Assembly (NCBI GenBank): GCA_039193795.1
Contig: JBCCWI010000011.1
Span: 796-64,795, forward strand
Length of the DNA: 64,000 nt
Origin: Actinomycetota bacterium
GTDB lineage: Bacteria > Actinomycetota > Acidimicrobiia > Acidimicrobiales > Aldehydirespiratoraceae
Direction of reading: 5' to 3'
The translations under genes and the position numbers were made by a program. The notes below the pieces were generated by a model that saw only the letters and a list, made by a program, of their open reading frames with translations, had not been told where the DNA came from and did not search any database. Each line of letters opens with the position of its first letter. Position 1 is the stretch's first letter. Shown piece after piece: positions 17,666 to 24,009 of the stretch.

Positions 17666-18531
17666 TCCTCCCACGGATCGTCCCGTTCGCGGACGACCTG
17701 CCGGAAGCCCTTCTCCTCGAACGACTCGACCCAGCGGTAGGCCTCTTCGGTGTGGCGGGTCACGCCGTCGAAGAACGTGCCGAGCATCTGGCTGGTCCGC
17801 AGCCCCATGTTCTCGAACGCCTGGTTGATCAACAGCTTGTTGAGGGCGAGCTGGTTGGCCGGGATCGTCGCGAAGCGACGGGCCTCCGCCTCGACCTCGG
17901 CCTCGATGTCGGCGGAGTCGACGACGTGAGACACCAGGCCGATCCGGTGCGCTTCCCCGGCGGAGATCGCCCGCCCGGTCAGCAGGTACTGCTTGGCGTG
18001 CTCGAGCCCGAGCCGGTACACCCACATCATCGTCGTCGGCGTGCCGTAGATCCGGCTCGGGGCGTAGCCGATGTGCGCGTCGCTGGCCATGTAGAGCAGG
18101 TCGGCGCACAGGATCATGTCGGTCGCACCGCCGATCGCCCACCCCTCGATCTGCCCGATCACCGGCTTGGGACACTCCCAGATCTTCATGAAGCGGCGGA
18201 CGTTGTTGCCCATGAACTGGTAGTCCCGCACCGGATCCCAGGCCCCCTCCCGCGGCGCGGGACCCTTCGCGCCGTAGGGCGTCGACCAACCGGCTTCGAT
18301 GTCGCCCGAGGCAGGGGTGAGGTCGTAGCCGGCGGTGAGCGTGCCGCCCGCACCCCGGATCACGATCGCCGCGACGTCGGGGGACTTGGCGGCAGTGTCG
18401 ATGCCGTCGGCGACGCCCTGGATCACCGCGTCGGTGAGCGTGTTCTTCTTCTCGGGGCGGTTCAGGGTGATGATCGCGATGTCGTCGCGCTCGTCGTAGC
18501 GGACCGGCTGGGAGTCACTCATGGCGACCAT
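17635..18531 (-). CDS. Enoyl-CoA hydratase/isomerase (crotonase) family protein
   Basis: 298 aa. IAIITLNRPEKKNTL...AIVIRGAGGTLTAGYDL and GWAIGGATDMILCADL. Confidence 0.85.
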   Translation of the reverse strand: MVAMSDSQPVRYDERDDIAIITLNRPEKKNTLTDAVIQGVADGIDTAAKSPDVAAIVIRGAGGTLTAGYDLTPASGDIEAGWSTPYGAKGPAPREGAWDPVRDYQFMGNNVRRFMKIWECPKPVIGQIEGWAIGGATDMILCADLLYMASDAHIGYAPSRIYGTPTTMMWVYRLGLEHAKQYLLTGRAISAGEAHRIGLVSHVVDSADIEAEVEAEARRFATIPANQLALNKLLINQAFENMGLRTSQMLGTFFDGVTRHTEEAYRWVESFEEKGFRQVVRERDDPWEDYGSAPADPS

Positions 18532-18547
18532 GTTGGTGCGCCGGCGG

Positions 18548-19096
18548 TCAGCGTGTCGCCTCGACGGCGGCGATGATCTCGTCGACGGCGGGTCGGTCGT
18601 CGGGGCCGGCGCCCCAGAAGCCCCACGCGAGCGTGCCGTCGGGACCGATCACCATGTCGCCACCGAGTTGCAGGGTGTCCTCGGTCGGCCGGGCGAGGTC
18701 ACGCCAGCCGCCATCGGCGAGCAGCTGGACGTAGCGACGGGCCGCCCGCCATCCCCAGACGCGGGTGATCGAGCCCCGCCCGAACCCATAGGCGCGGTAC
18801 GCCCGCCGGTCGGGATCGGTCAGCACCGGGAACGGGAGCATGGTGCGGATGATGTGATCCGACAGGTTCGCCGGATCGGTGAAGGTCACGAGCACGACCG
18901 TCGTGTCCGGTCCGAGATCGTCGAGCCGGTCGCGCACGGCGACGGCATGAGCCGTGCACGGGAGTCAATGGATGTGACGGTGGAAGATGACGACCACGGT
19001 CGAGCCCTGCTGATCGGTGAGTCGCCACGGCTCGCCATCGCCGTCGATGAGTTCGAGCGGTGGTGTGGGATCCCCGATGATCGGTCGAGTGGTCAT
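18548..19096 (-). CDS. PRX_like2 / AhpC-TSA-type thioredoxin-fold redoxin with in-frame UGA (candidate selenocysteine, U44) in a U-L-P-C motif
   Basis: Track ORF 18548..18937 lacks the family's redox motif. The same frame upstream from ATG 19094..19096 reads MTTRPIIGDPTPPLELIDGDGEPWRLTDQQGSTVVVIFHRHIH-TGA(18965..18967)-LPCTAHAVAVRDRLDDL... Downstream family motifs: FPVLTDPDRRAYRAYGF and LGGDMVIGPDGTL. Confidence 0.65.
18931..18960 (-). promoter_or_regulatory. SECIS-like hairpin directly 3' of the in-frame UGA
   Basis: The mRNA reads UGA CUCC then CGUGCACGGC-[UCAUGCCGUC]-GCCGUGCGCG. This is a 10-bp stem including one G.U. The loop starts 15 nt after the UGA. A mutually exclusive inner hairpin, ACGGC-UCAU-GCCGU, is also possible. 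Confidence 0.4.
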
Positions 19097-19200
19097 CGCT
19101 GCGCATCATGCCGTGCCCGGCGTCTTGAGCGGTCCCGGCCGGCCACGTACCGTTGGGACGCAGACCGTGTGGAGCGGCGAACCGAACGGAAGGGGATCCG

Positions 19201-20445
19201 ATGTCGGTCGATCATCGCAGCCGACGCCACGAGGATGTGGCCGATCTCGACGCGCTCGCCGCGTTCGATGAGTACATCCCCGACGCGATCGATCGCCACG
19301 GCGAGCTCGCAGCATGTGGGGTCGCCTCCAAGGGCCTGGCCCCGCTCGGCTTCGACCTCGGCGACCATCAGGCGACCCTCGTCGTCGACGGCGAGACGCT
19401 CGTGCTCGTCGACGGGCTCGAGCACGCAGGCGTCGTCGCTCACCTCCCCGCCGATGCGCTCTCCGATCTGCTCCAGGATCGCCAGTCGACCATGGGGCTG
19501 GCGATGACCGCCCGGGTCAAGATCGAGCGGGGCTCGCTCGACGACTGGATCCGCTGGGAACCGGCGTTGCGGGCGCTCCTCGACGGCCGCGCCGTGCACG
19601 AGTCGGGCGCCGTTGCGATGGTCGATGGCGACGGGGACCCCCTCGACCTCGACCGACGCTTCACCCTCGAGGACGATCGCGACGAGATGCGACACTTCCT
19701 CACCGAGGCGGGGTTCCTGCATCTCACCGGCGTGTTCGATCCCGACGAGATGGCCCGGATCGGGCACGACATCGACGAGTCGATCGCAGCCGCCGCCGAC
19801 GGCGATCCCGAGTACTGGTGGTGCACCAACAGCGACGGCGAGCAGGTCGCGGTCCGCAGCCTCAACTTCCAGGAGAAGTCCGAGGCCGTCCGTGCGGCGC
19901 TGACCGACGAACGGCTGCTCTGGTTGGGGGAACTGACCGGCGACGCCCACCGGGCCCCCACCACCTGTGAAGGGCTGGTCAAGCCCCTCGACATCGTGCA
20001 GGGCCTGTCGGATCTGCCGTGGCACAAGGACTGCGGGCAGGGGCTGCACAGCTACATGTGCAACAGCCTGACCGTCGGGATCTCCGTGACGGGCGCCGAT
20101 CGGGTCAGCGGCGCCCTCGGCGTGATCCCCGGGAGCCATCGCGCCAACACGGTCGCCTCGATGCGCGACCGGGACCTCGACCTGCCGAGCCGACTGCTCG
20201 AGACCACGACCGGCGACATCACCGTGCACTGCAGCGACACGCTGCATCGGGCGTACCCGCCCTCCGCACACCCCCGCAAGGTCGTCTACACCAGCTTCCG
20301 TCTCGCACCGCTGGACGGTGACGAGGAGAAGCCAAACCCCCGCTACAGCCGGTCGGCGCGCAGCGAGCTCACGAGTGTGCAGGACCGGATCGCCGCAGCG
20401 GACAACGCCGCCGCCGACAACCGGTACGTCCCGAGCAACGGGTGA
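19201..20445 (+). CDS. Phytanoyl-CoA dioxygenase (PhyH) family Fe(II)/2-oxoglutarate oxygenase with an N-terminal SCP2-like domain
   Basis: ATG at 19201 preceded by GGAAGGGGA. C-terminal half has LSDLPWHKDCG (HxD) and DITVHCSDTLHRAYP. The N-terminal half (...TMGLAMTARVKIERGSLDDWIRWEPAL) resembles the SCP2 sterol-carrier fold. Confidence 0.7.
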   Translation: MSVDHRSRRHEDVADLDALAAFDEYIPDAIDRHGELAACGVASKGLAPLGFDLGDHQATLVVDGETLVLVDGLEHAGVVAHLPADALSDLLQDRQSTMGLAMTARVKIERGSLDDWIRWEPALRALLDGRAVHESGAVAMVDGDGDPLDLDRRFTLEDDRDEMRHFLTEAGFLHLTGVFDPDEMARIGHDIDESIAAAADGDPEYWWCTNSDGEQVAVRSLNFQEKSEAVRAALTDERLLWLGELTGDAHRAPTTCEGLVKPLDIVQGLSDLPWHKDCGQGLHSYMCNSLTVGISVTGADRVSGALGVIPGSHRANTVASMRDRDLDLPSRLLETTTGDITVHCSDTLHRAYPPSAHPRKVVYTSFRLAPLDGDEEKPNPRYSRSARSELTSVQDRIAAADNAAADNRYVPSNG

Positions 20446-20499
20446 TTTTCTCGCGGGCTCGCGACGGAACCCCCCACCGTCGTTCGTTGGACGGGGTGT

Positions 20500-21027
20500 A
20501 TGGCTGCCGCACACGACGTTCCGATGGGTGATCCGACTCGCCTGTCGGAGATCTACGACGATGCCGTCGACGAGGTGTTCCGATATCTCCGGGCGCGCTG
20601 CGGCTCGGCAGTCCTCGCCGAGGAGCTGACCTCCGCGACCTTCGTGCAGGCCGCACTCGAGACGTCGCGTGGAACGGTGCCGGACCTCTCGGTTCGGTGG
20701 CTGGTCACCGTCGCCCGTCACAAGCTCGTCGACCACTGGCGCCGCGAGGCGATGGCCGACCGCAAGCTGGTGCTACTCGAAGGCGGCCGCATCGACACGG
20801 TCGACCCGTGGAACGCAGTGCTCGACGAAGCCCGCGCCCGACAGGTGCTGCTCGACATCGCCCCGACCTACCGCGCCGTGTTGACCCTGCGGTATCTCGA
20901 CGATCTGAGCGTGCCCGAGTGCGCCGAGCAACTCGGTAAGTCCGTCCACGCGACCGAGAGCGTGCTCGCGCGAGCCCGCAACGCCTTCCGAACCGCCTAC
21001 GAGCAGACCGGAGGTCATGATGACTGA
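20500..21027 (+). CDS. ECF-type RNA polymerase sigma-70 family factor
   Basis: 175 aa. EELTSATFVQAAL...WLVTVARHKLVDHWRR (region 2). YRAVLTLRYLDDLSVPECAEQLGKSVHATESVLARARNAFR (region 4). Confidence 0.8.
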   Translation: MAAAHDVPMGDPTRLSEIYDDAVDEVFRYLRARCGSAVLAEELTSATFVQAALETSRGTVPDLSVRWLVTVARHKLVDHWRREAMADRKLVLLEGGRIDTVDPWNAVLDEARARQVLLDIAPTYRAVLTLRYLDDLSVPECAEQLGKSVHATESVLARARNAFRTAYEQTGGHDD

Positions 21028-22015
21028 CCCGCTCCGCGACCTGAACCCGCCCGAGGCCGTCGACTCGCCGAGCCCGGGCTTCGTGGAACGCCTGCGGGCC
21101 CGCGTCCATGCGATCGAGGCGCGAGCGGACCGTGCGCCGCAGGGTTGGCACCTCGCCCAACTCAACCTCGGGGTGTTCAAGGCACCGCTCGACGCCCCGG
21201 AGATGGCGCCGTTCGCCGCGGCCCTCGATCGCATCAACGCGATCGCCGACGAGTCGCCCGGGTTCGTGTGGCGCCTCACCGACGACGACGGGGGACCGTC
21301 GAGCAATGTCGAGGTCCCGGGATCCGACGATCCGCTGCTCGCGTCGAACCTGTCGGTGTGGCGCGACTACGACTCGCTGCGGGAGTTCATGTATCGCACC
21401 GACCACGCGTCGTACCTCCGCCGTCGAGCCGAGTGGTTCGAGCGGGAGTCGATCCCGATGGTGGTCGGCTGGTGGGTGCCCGCCGGAACCGTTCCCACGC
21501 TCGATGAGGCGCTGGACCGCCTCGAACACCTGCGCCGTGAGGGCCCGTCTGCGGCGGCGTTCCCGCTCACCCGCACCATTCCCGATCCCCCGTCCACCGC
21601 GACCAACCAGGAGGTACCCGCCATGGGTCAGGTCTTCATCCCGTATCTCACCGTCGGCGACAGTCGTGCGGCGCTCCAGTTCTACGGCGAGGTGTTCGGC
21701 GCCGAGCGCTCCGGCGAACTCTTCGAGATGGACGATGGCCGGATCGGCCACGCCGAGATGACGATCGGCGATCAGGTCTTCTACATGGCCGACGAGTTCG
21801 CCGAGATGCAGCTGCACGCGCCGACGGCGCACGGCGGCAACTCGGTCTCGTTGGTGATCCATGTCGAGGACTGCGACGCCGTCTACGAACACGCGCTCCT
21901 CGCCGGTGCGACCGGCGAGCGCCCCCCGGCCGATCAGCACGGCTTCCGGTCCGGATGGTTCGTCGACCCCTGGGGCCACCGCTGGTCGCCGACCAGCGCC
22001 GCCACCGGCGCCTGA
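21017..22015 (+). CDS. Fusion protein: DUF3291-like domain + VOC/glyoxalase (PhnB-like) domain
   Basis: 332 aa; overlaps the sigma gene by 11 nt. The N-terminal half is paralogous to ORF 60377..60826 (LAQLNLG..., WRLTDDDG..., SVWRDYDSLREFMYRTDHASYLRRRAEWFE..., WWVPAG). The C-terminal half reads IPYLTVGDSRAALQFYGEVFGAE...GHAEMTIGDQVFYMADE...DPWGHRW. Confidence 0.7.
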   Translation: MMTDPLRDLNPPEAVDSPSPGFVERLRARVHAIEARADRAPQGWHLAQLNLGVFKAPLDAPEMAPFAAALDRINAIADESPGFVWRLTDDDGGPSSNVEVPGSDDPLLASNLSVWRDYDSLREFMYRTDHASYLRRRAEWFERESIPMVVGWWVPAGTVPTLDEALDRLEHLRREGPSAAAFPLTRTIPDPPSTATNQEVPAMGQVFIPYLTVGDSRAALQFYGEVFGAERSGELFEMDDGRIGHAEMTIGDQVFYMADEFAEMQLHAPTAHGGNSVSLVIHVEDCDAVYEHALLAGATGERPPADQHGFRSGWFVDPWGHRWSPTSAATGA

Positions 22016-22060
22016 CCTCAGCCGTCGAGACGGTGGGGCCGTGAACGGGCGGTCATCGCC

Positions 22061-23215
22061 CTACGAGGCGGCCTCGACCGCCGCCTTGATCGCATCGCAG
22101 GTTCGCTGCATGTTGGCGCGGAGTTGCTTGCGGCGGCCGTTGATGACGGCCGCCGGGTTGTCCGAGTCGGCGGCGATGCCGACGAGGAGGTTGTTCTCCG
22201 TGCCGATCTCCATCGAGAACCGCAGGCGGATGCCGACACCCTGATCCATGATCTCGAACCGCCAGCGTCCCCCGGGTGACGCGGGATCGACGGTCGACCA
22301 CTCGAAGACGCGGCCCTCCTCGTAGGCGGTCACGTGGTTCTGCAGCGACCATTCCATGTCGCCCAGCTTGTTGTGCCCGGTGAACGTCGCCCCCAGGCCG
22401 CGCTCGTCGGAGTCCCATTCGGCGCCCTGGGTCTCGTCGCTCACCCCGACCGGGAAGCCGATGTCGCTCACGAACGGCCAGACCGTGCGCGGCGATGCCT
22501 CGATGTCGACCTCGGCCACGACCCCTTGGCCGTCGTTGAAGGACGTGCCACCGTCCTCGGACGCCCGAGCCCGGGTGAAGCCCCAACGATCGAAGTAGGT
22601 GATCTGCTCGGCCGGCCGGCGAGGTGCGGGCCGGAACTCGCTGCCCTTCGTGTACGCGACGGGGAAGGTCACGATCGTCGTGACGCCGTCGGGAATCGCC
22701 AGGATCCCGGCGAGCTCGTCGACGCTCGCGTTGAGCAGGGTGGTCCACGTGCTGCCGAGGCCCCGGGAGCGCAGGGCGAGGTTGAAGCTCCAGGCCGACT
22801 GGATGACCGAGTCGAAGAGGCCGGGGCGGCCCGAGTCGTCGTGGATGCCCCAGATGGCGGCGATCACGAGCACCGGTGCCTTGGCGAAGTTCTCCACCAG
22901 GTAGGCGCTCGAGTTGAACACCTTCTCCTTGCCGTGGCCCGTGCCCTCGAGTCGTTCGGAGACGCGCGTCATGAACTCGCCGTTGCGGGCGTAGATCTCG
23001 CCGAGCCGCTGCTTCGTCGCCTCGTCGCGCACCACGATCCAGCGGCGGCTGGCGTCGTTGCCGCCACTCGGCGCCTGTTCGGCGAGATCGATGCAGTCGA
23101 ACAGCACCTGGTCCTCGACCGGACGCTCGAAGTCGAGCCGTTTGCGCACCGATCGGGTCGTGGTCAGGAGGCGGTCGATCTGATCGAGATCGAATCCGGC
23201 GTCGTTGGTGGTCAT
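22061..23215 (-). CDS. Fusion protein: nitroreductase family domain + SRPBCC (START/polyketide cyclase-like) domain
   Basis: Start MTTNDAGFDL at 23215. N-terminus: LLTTTRSVRKRLDFERPVEDQVLFDCIDLAEQAPSGGNDASRRWIVV. The C-terminal ~150 aa (VVAEVDIEASPRTVWPFVSDIG...GRWRFEI...) has an SRPBCC-like pattern. Confidence 0.65.
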   Translation of the reverse strand: MTTNDAGFDLDQIDRLLTTTRSVRKRLDFERPVEDQVLFDCIDLAEQAPSGGNDASRRWIVVRDEATKQRLGEIYARNGEFMTRVSERLEGTGHGKEKVFNSSAYLVENFAKAPVLVIAAIWGIHDDSGRPGLFDSVIQSAWSFNLALRSRGLGSTWTTLLNASVDELAGILAIPDGVTTIVTFPVAYTKGSEFRPAPRRPAEQITYFDRWGFTRARASEDGGTSFNDGQGVVAEVDIEASPRTVWPFVSDIGFPVGVSDETQGAEWDSDERGLGATFTGHNKLGDMEWSLQNHVTAYEEGRVFEWSTVDPASPGGRWRFEIMDQGVGIRLRFSMEIGTENNLLVGIAADSDNPAAVINGRRKQLRANMQRTCDAIKAAVEAAS

Positions 23216-23240
23216 CGGGAATCCTCGTCGGGTGTCGGGG

Positions 23241-23981
23241 TCAGCCCTGGTGGGCTCGTGCGGCCTTGGCCAGGGTGCGGAGATCAGCACGTTCGTCGTC
23301 GGTCAAGACGTCGAGATCGGCGGCGTGGAGCTGGTCGGTGACCGTCTCCACGGCCTCCCGGGCGTCGCCGAGGCCGCTCACGTCGGGATAGGGCTCGGGC
23401 CAGCCGAACATCTTGGCGTTCCACTCGCCGGCGGGACCCGACAGGATCGCCTCCAGCGGGCCGAGGCCGGCGGCCTGGACTGCGACACAGTGCCGACTGA
23501 ACCGCAGCTCGCGCATCACCTGGGCGAGCTGGAACGTCCGGGCCGGGCCGGGCGCGTCGGGCAGCGGCATGTCGCGCCAACCGACGAAGAGGGGCGCGCC
23601 GTTGGGCGACGCCTGAGCCACGACCTTCTCCATGATCTCTCCGAGGCGTTCGACCCCATCGAGCCCCTCGAGCTTGGCCGCGCCCCACTCCTGACAGATC
23701 GTGGTGTAGATCGCGGCCCCCTCGCGAGGGGTCATCGCCGCCCGCCCGGCGTCGACCATCGTGCGCATCGTGGTGGGCTCCCAGAAGAAGGCGGCCCCGA
23801 CCACCGCATCGACCGGACAGTCGCCGAGCACGCCGAGCCGACCGACCGCATAGCCGCCGAGCCCCTCGGCCTGCAGCCCGAGCTCGGCGGATCGTCGGAA
23901 CGTCGACTCGTCCATCAACCAGGCCATCGCGAGCATGCCGATCGAGCCGCGCATGCTGCGGGCGACGGTGAGACTGTCCAT
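23241..23981 (-). CDS. Conserved hypothetical helical protein (actinobacterial type)
   Basis: Only the last 246 aa of ORF 23241..25157 look like real protein: MDSLTVARSMRGSIGMLAMAWLMDESTFRRSAELGLQAEGLGGYAVGRLGVLGDCPVD... The ATG is at 23979..23981. The upstream part is low-complexity and antisense to the next gene. Confidence 0.55.
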   Translation of the reverse strand: MDSLTVARSMRGSIGMLAMAWLMDESTFRRSAELGLQAEGLGGYAVGRLGVLGDCPVDAVVGAAFFWEPTTMRTMVDAGRAAMTPREGAAIYTTICQEWGAAKLEGLDGVERLGEIMEKVVAQASPNGAPLFVGWRDMPLPDAPGPARTFQLAQVMRELRFSRHCVAVQAAGLGPLEAILSGPAGEWNAKMFGWPEPYPDVSGLGDAREAVETVTDQLHAADLDVLTDDERADLRTLAKAARAHQG

Positions 23982-24009
23982 GGCGTTCTCCTCGTGACGC
24001 ACCGACCCG

